Assembly (NCBI GenBank): GCA_002269645.1
Contig: NIVC01003376.1
Coordinates: 37,026-101,025, forward strand
DNA length: 64,000 bases
Direction of reading: 5' to 3'
DNA from: Macrostomum lignano
Taxonomy: Eukaryota
Shown here: one piece after another, positions 1 through 13,344 of the stretch
Layout: each line of letters opens with the position of its first letter
How positions within the stretch are numbered: position 1 is the first letter of the stretch
Position numbers and translations under genes: made by a program
Notes under the pieces: model-generated
What the model saw: the letters and a program-made list of their open reading frames with translations, nothing else
What the model was told of the DNA's origin: nothing
Database searches by the model: none

Positions 1-335
1 ATGGAAGCTACTTACCACCTCAGGGTGGAAGCTACTTACCACCTCAGGGTGGAAGCTACCACCTCAGGATGGAAGCTACTTACCACCTCAGGATGGAAGC
101 TACTTACCACCTCAGGATGGAAGCTACTTACCACCTCAGGATGGAAGCTACTTACCACCTCAGGATGGAAGCTACTTACCACCTCAGGATGGAAGCTACT
201 TACCACCTCAGGGTGGAAGCTACTTACCACCTCAGGGTGGAAGCTACTTACCACCTCAGGGTGGAAGCTACTTACCACCTCAGGGTGGAAGCTACTTACC
301 ACCTCAGGGTGGAAGCTACCACCTTAGGATGGAAG
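1..335. repeat. 24-bp minisatellite (ATGGAAGCTACTTACCACCTCAGG)n, runs off window start
   Basis: Direct tandem copies; accounts for the MEATYHLR/TTSGWKLL repeat ORFs. Confidence 0.95.
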
Positions 336-420
336 CTATCAGTTGAGTGTGTATCCAAAACACACTATATAGCATAAGCCTCCCCTTCAGGAGGATGTTA
401 TCTATCACAGCTTGATACAA

Positions 421-480
421 GACACCACATCAGGATATAAGACACCACATCAGGATATAGGACACCACATCAGGATATAA
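421..480. repeat. 20-bp tandem repeat x3 (GACACCACATCAGGATATAR)
   Basis: Three near-perfect adjacent copies. Confidence 0.9.
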
Positions 481-1839
481 GATACAATGCCACAACAGAA
501 TATAGGGCATCACCTATTTTTGTATGTTTCCTAACGAATTCCCTTGAAAAAAAAAGAAATTTCCCCTTGGATTTTAATCCAAATTCAATTTACTAAGCTT
601 GGTAAATTATTTAGTAAAGTAATTATGACATATTCTCCATAACTTTACACTGTACTACTACATTTAATACTTCTAATTCCTAACTATAAAAGCTGGCCTT
701 CCCTAACCTGAATAACACAGAGTGAATAATCTGCACCCAGATCTTCAGTCAAAAATAAATAGAAAACATAACGCGGAATAGTCAGAAAAGGGCGTTAAGG
801 CTGTTAGAAACCTAAAGTGCCAAAATCACCCACTAGCTAGCTATAGCGTCACCGGGCCCATGCACGGTGTTCAACTAACACAGGGAAAAATCAATTTCAC
901 GAGCTACAATCTCTCTCTCTCTCTCCCTGCCCGTTGCCATATAGATTATGCGATTGTGCAATTTTTCCCATTGGGTGACAGGCCACTCTGTCTCTTCAGG
1001 CCTGTTTCCCACTCTCTACCCCCACAAACCCGTCTTTCTCCCTAGCCAGCAAGACAAGAGGGAGCAGCAAAAAAGGAAGGGTTGTTTTGTAGCTCGACTT
1101 ATATTCTACACGACCGCGAGCCCGAAAATATAGCGCAAGGCCAACGCCCATTACACTTATACACATACGAGTAATGTAGTATTCACATTTTCTAGATATT
1201 AGTACACTTGAGTGAATTTGAGTGTACGCAGACTAGAAAGAGGTCTGGTGTACACGTATGCACGCAAATACACGCCATACTAATTGCACTTATATCTTTC
1301 CTTATGCTAAACATGGGCAGTTGAAGTAGAAGAACGCGCTACCGTCGCGAGTAAAGAACGCGTATCTGTCGTATTGCCAATTGCATTTAGTGCGCTCTAG
1401 AGAGAACGCATAGCGTTTAATGAGGTTTAGCCATAGACAAGTTCGGTCGAGCAAAATGCCCCCAGCTCATCTCTAAGAAAATGGAGCACCGTCTACCTCT
1501 ACCTTCAGCTGAATATATGGTGCTAAATTTGGAAGAAATAGTGTGAATCTTCACAAACAAAAAACCAAGTAAAGAACTAAGAAGGACAATAAATCGTAAA
1601 CATAAATAGACAGGAAGGAGTTGAATGGCCGCAATAAAACGAACAAATAAACCAGAAAAACAATTTGCCAAAAGGTAAACAAAGCTGGCTTAGGGAATTG
1701 TTTTGAAGAACTTTGTACTCGTAGACTTCAAAAGACAAAAGGCTTTGGGGGGTTTACTGATTTGATGAAATAAATATCCCTGCGGTATCAGCTCACATTC
1801 GCTGGCATCATCACGCAATCAACGGTGAGGCAATTTTGA

Positions 1840-1940
1840 CCATTCTGTGCACTCATACACACGCTCACAGCGGCCCTTTGACTTTCTAATCGGTCAGGCA
1901 TGTACCTCTCTGTGTCTTGAGGCCTTAGGGGTTGGCCCCT
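1840..1940. mobile_element. Dispersed repeat fragment, probably SINE-derived; second copy at about 45210-45303
   Basis: Shared GCACTCAT.CACACGCTCACA...GACT.TCTAATCG.TCAGGCATGTAC..TCTGTG...GGGG.TGGCCC at both sites. Confidence 0.45.
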
Positions 1941-2620
1941 CCCGCCCAACGCTGCTCTGCCATACGCAACCATAAAGTATAAATATTGGAAGTTTGGAAT
2001 TGAAGAAACAATTGTCAATCATGCTTGTCAGATTTCTTGATGAAAACAATTAGCGGGGTAAAACCTCAAAACGAAAAGGGTCAGCACAACAGCTTGACCT
2101 CTCTGAATCCTTGGATGCTGCAAGCAGACTGTTTCTATCCCAATTTTATTGCAGAACTGCAGCACAGAAAAAACAGAACAACAGAAGCTTTCTAGTTCTA
2201 GCCAAACAAAAACAGTGCATTTTGGCTTGCGGCCCAAAATCCAGACTTGGTGCAGCTGCAACCTGCAGGCTCCCCGCTGCGCGAGGGGCTGGTATGGAGC
2301 TGCGACGGGGATCTAGCCACAAGAATGTCTAAATAGAACTCTGTCTGACTGCAGTTTCTGGGTCATGATTTACTAAATTCATCACATGGACAGCTAAATC
2401 GGATGTTTTCTCCACCGATTTTGTCTATGGCAAAACCCCATTAAGCGCTATGCCAAGGAAGCTTCTATGGTCGCTGCGGTCATAGAGGTTTCCCTGGCTA
2501 TGCGTTCTCGAGAACATACTAAATGCGACAAATTATCGTTCCTTAAAACGCCTCCATCTCATCTCTAAGAAAACTGAGTGTAGAATCCATCTTTCTTTCT
2601 TCTTCTACTTGAGTAGTCCA

Positions 2621-3525
2621 TAGGGGCGTCGCCACCGGGGGAGGGACAAGGGGGACATGTACCCCCCCCCAGTAAAAGCTATGGGGGACATTACAATGCT
2701 TTGTCCACCAACCCCACCTTGTGACCCGTTGTGGAAATCAATAATTTTGTTTCTGGGCACTTAAATATAGCCCCTGCGGCGCTAGAATGAGTACCTGTGG
2801 CGCTAAAATGAGTGCCTGTGGCGCTAAAATGAGTGCCTGCGGCGCTAAAATGAGTGCCTGTGGCGCTAAAATGAGTGCCTGCGGCGCTAAAATGAGTGCC
2901 TGTGGCGCTAAAATTAGTGCCTGTGGCGCTAAAATGAGTACCTGTGGCGCTAGAATCAGTACCTGTGGCGCTAAAATGAGTGCCTGTGGCGCTAAAATGA
3001 GTGCCTGCGGCGCTAAAATGAGTGCCTGTGGCGCTAAAATGAGTGCCTGCGGCGCTAAAATGAGTGCCTGTGGCGCTAAAATGAGTGCCTGTGGCGCTAA
3101 AATGAGTACCTGTGGCGCTAGAATCAGTACCTGTGGCGCTAAAATGAGTGCCTGTGGCGCTAAAATGAGTGCCTGCGGCGCTAAAATGAGTGCCTGTGGC
3201 GCTAAAATTAGTGCCTGTGGCGCTAGAATGAGTGCCTGTGGCGCTAAAAGTGGGTGCCTGCGGCGCTAAAATGAGTGCCTGTGGCGCTAAAATGAGTGCC
3301 TGTGGCGCTAAAATGAGTGCCTGTGGCGCTAAAATGAGTGCCTGCGGCGCTAAAATGAGGGCTGAAAACACCGACTTTCAAAATAATTTACACATAGGAA
3401 TTTAGTCATGTACTAGTATTCTAAAAATGAAAAAATTCTAGTATTCTAAAAATTAATAAAATTGTATATCTAAAATTCTTTGCTCTGCCCCCCCCCCCAC
3501 CATAAAATCCATCGCGACGCCCCTG
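2621..3525. mobile_element. Non-autonomous hAT-type MITE carrying an internal 21-bp minisatellite (about 2775-3362, about 28 units of AGTGCCTGTGGCGCTAAAATG)
   Basis: TIRs TAGGGGCGTCGC ... GCGACGCCCCTG; 8-bp TSD GTAGTCCA at 2613-2620 and 3526-3533. Confidence 0.85.
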
Positions 3526-4444
3526 GTAGTCCATAAGTAATTATCGTCTGTGAGTAAAACAATCATTTAATTCTGGGCTAACACACTTATGAAGCTAATA
3601 TTGATTTTTCTACATCAAACTTCTTTGATGTCTAGTTCGAAAAAAATTGAAATATTGAATAATAATTGAAACTGCACGGTCTGTTTGCTTCTGCTTCTGG
3701 TGCTTTAAGTCTTCTTGGCTTCGGCAAAGCAGAGGGCAGCGAAGGACAAGCAAATCTTGCAAATCCAGATTCCCCCAAACCTTGCACCGACCGCTGCTTT
3801 CCCTCCTGCCTTCCCAATCAGGCAAATCAAGATTCGGACAGAGCCAAACCAAAATCCACCAGCTGTTTGGGCCATGCAGTTTCCCAACGCAGTGAACTTG
3901 ACTAAAACTTGACTTATACATACTGCGTATACTGTTAGCCCCTATATAGAAACAACTTCTGCCTTAGAACTGCGGAGCTTGAAGCTGATGGAAGCAAAGG
4001 CCACAAAAAATTAGAACCTTAAAGCAAAAAAAAAACGATTTTCAAGGACTTTGTTTATCATGTATATTGATGAGCTAAAAGATGCATTTAAAAACTCTTT
4101 CAAGTCCGTTTTCTTTCTATCAGAACTACACACGTTACAGTATTGTAGGGTTTATCTGGCGGCAGCCCAGTTAATTATGCATGGTAACAGGGTGCATGTG
4201 GAAGAATTAGCACGCTGTAATAAACGTGTACCTAATTCTTGTTAAGGACTCTTTATTTCAAGCCGGGTGAAGAATTTACTCTCTATGCTCGCTTTTGCAA
4301 TCAACCAGATTAGGATCTAGCTTAAAAATACGTTTGAAAAGAGTACTTTTTCAGAATCATAATGAATAAATTAGATGGAAGCCAAATAGAAGGAAATATA
4401 GAGAAGTCGGAAGCAACCTGGATGCACCAGAGATAAACTTTTAA

Positions 4445-6185
4445 ATGAACCGGAATCAAACTTGATGAACCGGAATCAAACTTGATGAACCGGAATCAAA
4501 CTTGATTAACCGGAATCAAATTAGATGAACCGGAATCAAACTTGATGAACCGGAATCAAACTTGATGAACCGGAATCAAACATGATGAACCGGAATCAAA
4601 CTTGATGAACCGGAATCAAACTTGATGAACCGGAATCAAACTTGATGAACCGGAATCAACTTGATGAACCGGAATCAAACTTGATGAACCGGAATCAAAC
4701 TTGATGAACCGGAATCAAACTTGATGAACTGGAATCAAACTAGATGAACCGGAATCAAACTTGATGAACCGGAATCAAACTTGATGAACCGGAATCAAAC
4801 TTGATAAACCGGAATCAAAATTAATGAACCGGAATCAAACATGGTGAACCAGAATCAAACTTGATGAACCGGAATCAAATTTGATGAACCGGAATCAAAC
4901 ATGATGAACCGGAATCAAACTTGATGAACCGGAATCAAACTTGATGAACCGGAATCAAACTTGATGAACCGGAATCAAACTTGATGAACCGGAATCAAAC
5001 TTGATGAACCGGAATCAAATTTGATGAACCGGAATCAAACTTGATGAACCGGAATCAAACTTGATGAACCGGAATCAAACTTGATGAACCGGAATCAAAC
5101 TTGATGAACCGGAATCAAACTTGATGAACCGGAATCAAACTTGATGAACCGGAATCAAATTTGATGAACCGGAATCAAACTTGATGAACCGGAATCAAAC
5201 TTGATGAACCGGAATCAAACTTGATGAACCGGAATCAAACTTGATGAACCGGAATCAAACTTGATGAACCGGAATCAAACTTGATGATCCAGAATCAAAC
5301 TTGATGAACCGGAATCAAACTAGATGAACCGGAATCAAACTTGATGAACCGGAATCAAACTTGATGAACCGGAATCAAACTTGATGAACCGGAATCAAAC
5401 TTGATGAACCGGAATCAAACTTGATGAACCGGAATCAAACTTGATGATCCAGAATCAAACTTGATGAACCGGAATCAAACTAGATGAACCGGAATCAAAC
5501 TTGATTAACCGGAATCAAACTTGATGAACCGGAATCAAACTTGATGAACCGAAATCAAATTAGATGAACCGGAATCAAACTTAATGAACCGGAATCAAAC
5601 TTGATGAACCGGAATCAAATTAGATGAACCGGAATCAAACTTGATGAACCGGAATCAAACTAGATGAACCGGAATCAAACTTGATGAACCGGAATCAAAC
5701 TTGATGAACCGAAATCAAATTAGATGAACCGGAATCAAACTTGATGAACCGGAATCAAACTTGATGAACCGAAATCAAATTAGATGAACCGGAATCAAAC
5801 TTGATAAGCCGGAATCAAACATGATGAACCGAAATCAAATTAGATGAACCGGGATCAAACTTGATGAACCGGAATCAAATTAGATGAACCGGAATCAAAC
5901 TATATGAACTGAAATCAAATTAGATGAACCGGAATCAAACTTGATGAACTGGAATCAAACTAGATGAACCGGAATCAAACTTGAAGAACCGAAATCAAAT
6001 TTGATGAACCGGAATCAAACTTGATGAACCGGAATCAAACTTGATGAACTGGAATCAAACTTGATGAACTGGAATCAAACTTGATGAACTGGAATCAAAC
6101 TAGATGAACCGGAATCAAACTAGATGAACCGGAATCAAACTTGATGAACTGGAATCAAACTAGATGAACCGGAATCAAACTAGAT
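4445..6185. repeat. 20-bp minisatellite (GATGAACCGGAATCAAACTT)n, about 87 units, in intron 1 of the TMEM24-like gene
   Basis: Direct tandem array. Confidence 0.97.
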
Positions 6186-6322
6186 CAATGTGGAGCAACC
6201 TGAACTAAAAGAAATGAAAATCTGACAATCAGAAACAGAACCATAAGATAGAGTTGGTTGCAAACTGAAGAAACCCCGATACGATAAACAAAACAGACAA
6301 GGCTAATATTCGTGACACTCAC

Positions 6323-6796
6323 TCGTCCATCAAATTGCTTCTCTTTGGATAGCGCATAGTTCAGTGCGCTGAGCCAGGCCTCTAGCAGGGCTGGAGCGCC
6401 GCTTCTATTCAGAAACAGCCAAGCAACCAGAGTGTTGAGCCAGCAGCAGGACTCTGCGCTTGATGAGTTCGGTTCAATCAACTCGTCGATGGAGCTCAGC
6501 GGCCCATTCTGCTGAACAGGCGGAGTCTGTTTGGATCGCAGAAGCACTGGCGTCACGTGCTGGCTCTCCTGTTTCTTATTGCCAACCGTCTGTTTCTGTT
6601 GTTGCTGCTTTGGATGAACCAATTCGTAGATAAAATTGATTATGACAACGGCGAGAATGCCGAATAGGCACCAGCCGACAAACAGCAGGTCAAGGACGTC
6701 TAATTTAGCCAGATCTGTACCGGCCAGTTGTTCCGACGTACTATTATAGAGTTCGTTCAGCCGGTACCAGATGAGTCGCATTGTGATGTCGGCCAT
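6323..6796 (-). CDS. C2CD2L: First coding exon of a TMEM24/C2CD2L-like ER-PM lipid transfer protein (N-terminal TM plus start of SMP domain); later exons not identified in window
   Basis: ATG at 6796 (MADITMRL); TM GWCLFGILAVVIINFIY; SMP-start-like ESCCWLNTLVAWLFL...LLEAWLSALN; GTGAGT donor after GGACGA at 6323. Confidence 0.6.
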
Positions 6797-7124
6797 GCCG
6801 GTGCTTGGTTCAACAATGACGGAAGAAGAAAAATCAGAGCAAAACAAAATCTCGAACAAGAGAAGACTTTTGCTCTTCTCTCAATAGGAGGCGTTGCTAA
6901 ATAAAATCTATCCAGTCATGTTTGCGGAGAAATTGCGAAAAAATGGATTTCTATAGCCGTTGAGTTCTTATTGCAGGTCTTCTCATGCGGTGTAGCTTGC
7001 CAGGGAAAAGCTGAAATATTTCAAGCTATTCTAGTATCGGTTATTGGAAAATTAGAAAGCTCTTCTGCTATAAACGCCTACAATTTTGTTTAAATAAGCT
7101 CGCCGGGGATGTAACGGACTGCAT

Positions 7125-7195
7125 GGGCATCGATTGGCCGATGCGAACATTTTTGTCCACGCCTCATTGGCCACGGTTTGGCTTGGAATTGGGCG
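7125..7195 (-). promoter_or_regulatory. Cluster of three CCAAT boxes upstream of the TMEM24-like gene
   Basis: ATTGG at about 7133, 7166 and 7188 within a GC-richer patch about 350 bp upstream of the ATG. Confidence 0.35.
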
Positions 7196-10149
7196 TTACG
7201 CACGCGTTTACGCGCAGAGCATAGAAATGCAGGCAAGCGCCATTGGGTCTGGGCAAATAGAGGGACTTAGCTTAATTCGTAGATAAGAGATTGCGTATAG
7301 AGCATATACACGGGTTGGATAAAGGAACGATAGAGATTCTGTTACCTCTTTAGTGTTTAGCCATAGCATGACTAAAATTAGACACAATTCCTTTGCCAAG
7401 GCGACTTCATTCTGCATTATGTTTAGCTGCGTGTGTCTGTGGGTGTGTGGGTGTACACGTTCTGGCTCTGGTTTGATCTTGTCCATTGGAACTGATAAGA
7501 GTGCCGATTATCACAGGTCGACGTACGATGGGGCCAATTAGTCATTATAATTCAGTCAGCTAAATGCCCACATTGTTGGACATCTCTAAAGATAGGCGGC
7601 TAGCAAAGTATTGAATGTCAACTTTGGGCGTCACTTCATCTCAGTTAATTTCTGATTAATCATTACAAGATTTTTACGAACTTATGATTCGCCACAAGAT
7701 GCTGTTTACTTATACTGCTGCAAAAGCTGTACACTGCAACAGGTCTGTTTTTTATGGTAAAATCTCAAAACGATGCTAGTATTCTATCATAAAATTTTAC
7801 TGATACGCGAGCCTTGTTATGGCTACAAGTAGTAACATTTATGTATGATTTAAAATAATAATTTATAAGTAATATATTCTTCGGAATTCAATACCAAATT
7901 TCTTAATTACTGAATAGAAAGCATTAGGCCTGAGAAATATAAATGTTTATCCAATGTTGCCATTTTTAATTTATAATATTTATGATTGGAAAGTTACTTA
8001 TTTTAATCAATATGACCATAGTTTTATTGCCTTAAGTAAAATATTATAAATAAAACATTGCATACAGATTGTACCAGTGTGTTGTAGTTTAACTTATTTG
8101 CACCTTATATAGTTCAATCACAAGAAACTTAATTGACTGACTGTTAAACTTAAGTCTAGTCTGATAAAGATGCATAATAGATAAGAAAGTTTTATGTTTT
8201 CAATCAATGCAATCCAATGGGTTACTAGCTATATCTAAATTGAGAAATATATAAAGTACAATAATAGGGCCAAAAGTGCAACATTGAGTGAACCTCCACA
8301 TAGTTTAATATTGACAAAACAAATCAAAATTAATACCATAAGTTCAAATTATACTAATCTATTCTCTAGTCTGGATTAGATGCAAGATAGATATGAAGTG
8401 ATGCTATGAATGATTCCTAGCTGACAAAAAGAACAATACAAGGTACAATAAAATCGGATTTAAGATTTGTCTATATACCTCATACATAAAAATAGTTGGG
8501 TAAAGGTAAAGCTTCTTGTGATTTTAATTCAGAAATCCTGAGAGAGTACGAGTATGGCAAGGTCTATATTAAGTAAGCCTAACACTAACATTAAGAGCCC
8601 TATCATTCGCAAAAAATCAATTAAAGCAAATGGAGAGAAAAGTCGCTGAACTAAACGAAAAAATCCTGATTTTTTCTTTTCGCAGAAAAGCGAGAGGATC
8701 ACAGTAAAGGTCCAAAGCAATTTCATTTACAATAACAACAAGAAGTCTACAAGTACGAAGTACGACGATTATATTTTAAAAGCTGCCTTTTTGAGCAGGT
8801 TAAATTTAGTACAACGCTTTCTTAAACCTAGCATGCCGACAAAAACAGTCTATATTACCAGTAATTATAGTTTAAAACAGTTAATTTATATAAATTTTAG
8901 TGTTAATTCAACGTTTTTAGGCTAAATGCTTTAATATTTACTTATAATGAGCGTAATAAACAAAGTTACGGCCCGGAGCAGTTTTGCGTTAATTTTTATC
9001 ACAGTGCGCATGCACTTCGCATTAAGTCTAGAAAATTTTGCATAACACGCACCCTACGCATGTCTAGTTTAGGTGCCCAGCCAGGTCAAAAAATCTAGCC
9101 ATATATAAATCCTTAGGAACCATTAGACCTCCAAATACTATGCATGTACTCCATGGGTGATCAATGAACTGTCGGTGACTCCTTGAGTTAAGTTCAAATG
9201 ACTAATGACGTGAATAACATAAATACATAACTAAGCTATGCCTAATATTCTAGGCCTACACGTCACTAGTCTTCCACTTGGCAGTACTGATGTGTATGTA
9301 CGAACAAGGCTACTAGAGTTAATTAGTAAAATATTGCTAGGGAGTGGAATTTTAGATAAAAAACTTACATCTTAAAAAATATAAATCTACAATCAAGAAG
9401 TCAATTTTCAAGAGGACTTAAATAGGGCGATAGCCCTAAGACAAGATCAAGATAAGGGCTAAGATCTTTTTGACCTCTTTATTAGGTAGGCCCCTATTCA
9501 TTACTATTGTTTAGCCTGGAGTCCTAGACCTAGAGATTCCAATGTGATTTTTGAGTTATTTTTATTTAGTAGGCCTAGGCCTAGCTAGGGGCTAGGGCTA
9601 GGCCTAGGCCTACTATTTTTCCATTTTATTCAAGTCTCATTAAAAGATAAAAGTAGGCTAGGCCTAAAATTAAAAAGATAGGCCTACTTTAGTCTTTACT
9701 TTTGAAAATTAGTAAATGCCTTAAAAAAAGTTATACCCTACCTAGTACTAGTTATATATGGCAAGCTAACAAATGAAACAAATATAAACTAAAAGTAAAA
9801 CCAATGCCATTAGGATTTAATTTCATTTTTTCTCTTATAAAGTAGGCTTAAATGCAATAGATAAGTTTATTTAGTTGTTTTCTTGACTAAAACAACAATG
9901 TTGTAGTTTGTTTTACATAATTTTTATAAGTTTATATTCATATAGGCCTAGGCTTACCATGCGGCAATGCGGCATGCCAAATAATACTTTCTATGTTATT
10001 TGATAGTCACTTGTACAAATCTATAGTGTAAATATACTAAATCTCTAAGGTTTGTATGCTTGCTTGCTTGAATGTCCATAACACTCTAGAGAGAGCAATT
10101 CTTTATCTAAATATACTAAATCTCTAATTAATGTTCTAAAAATGAAAAA

Positions 10150-10850
10150 ATTGCTTGCTTGCTTGCTTGTACGCAATCAATTTTCTTCTGAATAGCTTAA
10201 CCAATTTTATCTGTTTCTTCACCAAAAGATGTCAAATATGCCCAGTATAGTACATGCATTTTTATTAAGCTCTAGCTCATTGCTAAAGGAATTAAATCGA
10301 TTTTCTCCTGAATGGCTTAACTGATTTTCTTCGTTTCTTCACCAAAAGATGTCAAATGTGCCCAGGACGGTACATGCATTTTCATTAAGCTCTAGCTCAT
10401 TGCTAAAGGGATTAAATATTTGAAAAACTGTTTTAAATGGGGTTTTTCAATGCAAATTTTATTAGCAAGAAACTTCACAGCCAATTTTAATGATTGTGCC
10501 AGAGCCAACTGATAAGAAAACTCACTCTGCCCCACTGCCTAGATAATTACTCTATTTAACTTGTGTAACCAATTAAGGGGGGTATAATAAAAATTCTGGA
10601 TACTGGCAGATAGCCTACCCCAGCTAGTCCAATATACTAAAAATGAGTTGTCTGTATATGTATATATATGGGTATGCGATTGATTTCAGAAAAAACAGCT
10701 TAATTTATTTTCTTCAAACTTGCACCATTCAATCAGAAATTTTCCTGGGGCAGTACATGCATCTTGGCTAAGAAATTTATCAATGTTAAACAGATTAAAT
10801 ATTCGAAAAACATGCTCTTTTGCAGAGGTCAAAAAAATTTTCAACTTGAA
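10150..10850. mobile_element. Degenerate non-autonomous element with 120-bp tandem units, possibly Helentron-associated (HINE/DINE-1-like)
   Basis: 120-bp unit at about 10181 and 10301 plus a diverged third at about 10690; GCTT microsatellite; GGGGGGTATAA motif. Confidence 0.3.
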
Positions 10851-11234
10851 ATGCATTGTAAGAATACTAGAAAAAACCTGACTGACTGAATTTCAAATCT
10901 GATAAAGATTACATCACAAGTTGAAAACAGTGCCAAAGAAATGCATATACAACTTGATTTAAATTGCGTAACCAATACGAGCTCGTATTGCTAACTTTAA
11001 TTGAGATTGATACTAGCCGACTGAGATATTGATTATGTCATAACTTTTTACTAACTGACTTGCTGTAAAATTGAATTATAAGGGCAACAGTTCATATTCT
11101 CCAATTGAAAAGAGATAGCCTAGATGCGAACAGACTGGACTGCTAATGTAGTGACCTAGATTCGAATCTTAATAGCGCAAAATGATTTTTTTAATAAAAC
11201 ACTTTAAAAATGCTAAACATAAAAGAAGCGCAAA

Positions 11235-13310
11235 GTCAAACATAAAAGTAGCACCATGTCAAACATAAAAAAGCCCCACCATGTCAAATATAAAAGAGCC
11301 ATCATGTCAAACAATTAAGAGCTTCCATGTCAAACTTAAAAGAGCCATCATGCCAAACATTAAAGAGACACCATGTCAAACATAAAATAGCTACCATGTC
11401 GAACATATATGTGACTCCATGTTGAACATATACGTGACTCTATGTCAAACATTAAAGAGCCACTATGTCAAACATAAAAGAGCCACTATGTCAAACATAA
11501 AAGAGCCACTATGTCAAACCTAAAAGAGCCACCATTTCAAACATAAAAGAGCCACCATGTCAAATATAAAAGCCAACATGTCAAACATGAAAGCCACTAT
11601 GTAAGACAATAAAGAGCCACCATGTGAAGCATAAAAGAGCCACTATGTCAAACATTAAAGAGCCACCATGTCAAACATTAAAGAACCACCATGTTGAAGA
11701 TTAAAGTGCTACCATGTCAAACATAGAAGAGCCACCATGTCAAACATTAAAGAGCTATCATGTCAAACACAAAAGAGCCGCCATGTCAAATATATACTTG
11801 ACTCTATATTGAACATATATGTGACACCATTTCAAACATTAAAGAGCAACCATATCAAACATAAAAGAACCACTATGTCAAACATAAAAGAACTACTAAG
11901 TCAAATTTATACGTGACTACATGTCAAACATATACATGACTCCATGTCAAACAATTAAAGAGCCACCATGTCAAACATAAAAGAGCTACTATGTCAAACA
12001 AATGCATGACTCCATGTCAAACATAAAAGAGCCACCATTTCAAATATTAAAAAGCCACCATGTCAAACATTAAAGAGCCACCATGTCCCACATTAAAGAG
12101 ACACCATGTCAAACATAAAAGAATTACCATATCAAACATATATGAGACTACATGTCAAACATATACGTGACTCCATGTCAAACATATATGTGAGTCCATG
12201 TTGAAAATATAAGTGACTTCATGTCAAACATATATATGATTCCATATCAAACATATACGTGACTCCAAGTTAAACATTAAAGAGACCCCATGTCAAACAT
12301 AAAAAAGCGCTACCATGTCGAACATATATGTGACTCCATGTTGAACATATATGTGACTCCATGTCAAACATTAGAGCCACTATGTTAAACATTAAAAAGC
12401 CACCATTTCAAACAAAAAAGAAGCACCATATCAAACATTAAAGAGGCACAATGTCAAACATAAAAGAGCCACCATGTCAAACATAAGAGCCAATATGTCA
12501 AACATGAGAGCCACTATGTAAGACAATAAAGAGCCACCATGTCAAACATAAAAAAGCCACCATGTCAAACATTAAAGAGCCACCATGTTAAAAATTAAAG
12601 AGCCACCATTTCAAAGATTAAAGTGCTACCATGTCAAACATACATGCGCAACAGTCGGCCGAGTCGGCCGATCCGGCCGACCGATTTGGCGGCCAACCAA
12701 GGGGGTCGCAAAAATGCCCACCCGAAAACTTAGTACTTAGTAGTACTAAGTAGCTGACGAGGCATTTTGGCTTAATAAGACAGTTATAGTTACTCCTGCC
12801 GTTTACCCAAAGTTGCGTTAATTTTGCTTTCGGGTTTTTTTCATGTAAGTCGCATTTTTGGTCAAAAACTACGTCGCATTTTTGTTAAAACTAAGTCGCA
12901 TGGCCGACCGAATTTCGGAGGTTGCGCATGTATGATGTCAAATATAGAAGAGCCACCATGTCAAACATTAAAGAGCTATCATGTCAAACAGAAAAGAGCC
13001 ACCATGTCAAACATAGAAGAGGCTTAGAGACACCATATAAAACATTAAAGAGCCACCATGTCAAACATTAAAGAGCCACCATGTCAAAAATTAAAGAGCC
13101 ACCATGTCAAACATTAAAGAGCTACCATGTCAAACATTAAAGTGCCACTATGTCAAACATATATGTGATTCCATGTCAAACATTAAAGAGCTACCATGTC
13201 AAACATAGAAGATCCACCATGTCAAACATAGAAGAGCCACCATGTCAAACACTAAAGAGCCAACATTTCAAACATAAAAAGAAGTATCATGCCAAACAAA
13301 ATGGAGCCAC
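11235..13310. repeat. Divergent 20-22-bp satellite (AAAGAGCCACCATGTCAAACATT)n interrupted by a MITE
   Basis: Tandem array with many variants. Confidence 0.92.
12639..12934 (+). mobile_element. hAT-type MITE family A (TIR CATACATGCGCAAC)
   Basis: 14-bp TIRs; 8-bp TSD ATGTCAAA at 12631-12638 and 12935-12942. Confidence 0.88.
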
Positions 13311-13344
13311 TATAAAGCTAAGGAAATTATTGCACTAGCTACTT

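Noticed and set aside
2028-2340. GC-richer patch with short ORFs on both strands
   Set aside because: No recognisable motif or consistent splice frame
3610-3921. Overlapping short ORFs as possible further TMEM24 exons or a separate gene
   Set aside because: No frame gave recognisable SMP/C2 sequence compatible with the phase-0 donor at 6323; left unassigned
8529-8726. Hydrophobic 65-aa minus-strand ORF and coiled-coil-like plus-strand fragments
   Set aside because: Short, stop-interrupted, AT-rich; cannot be supported as coding
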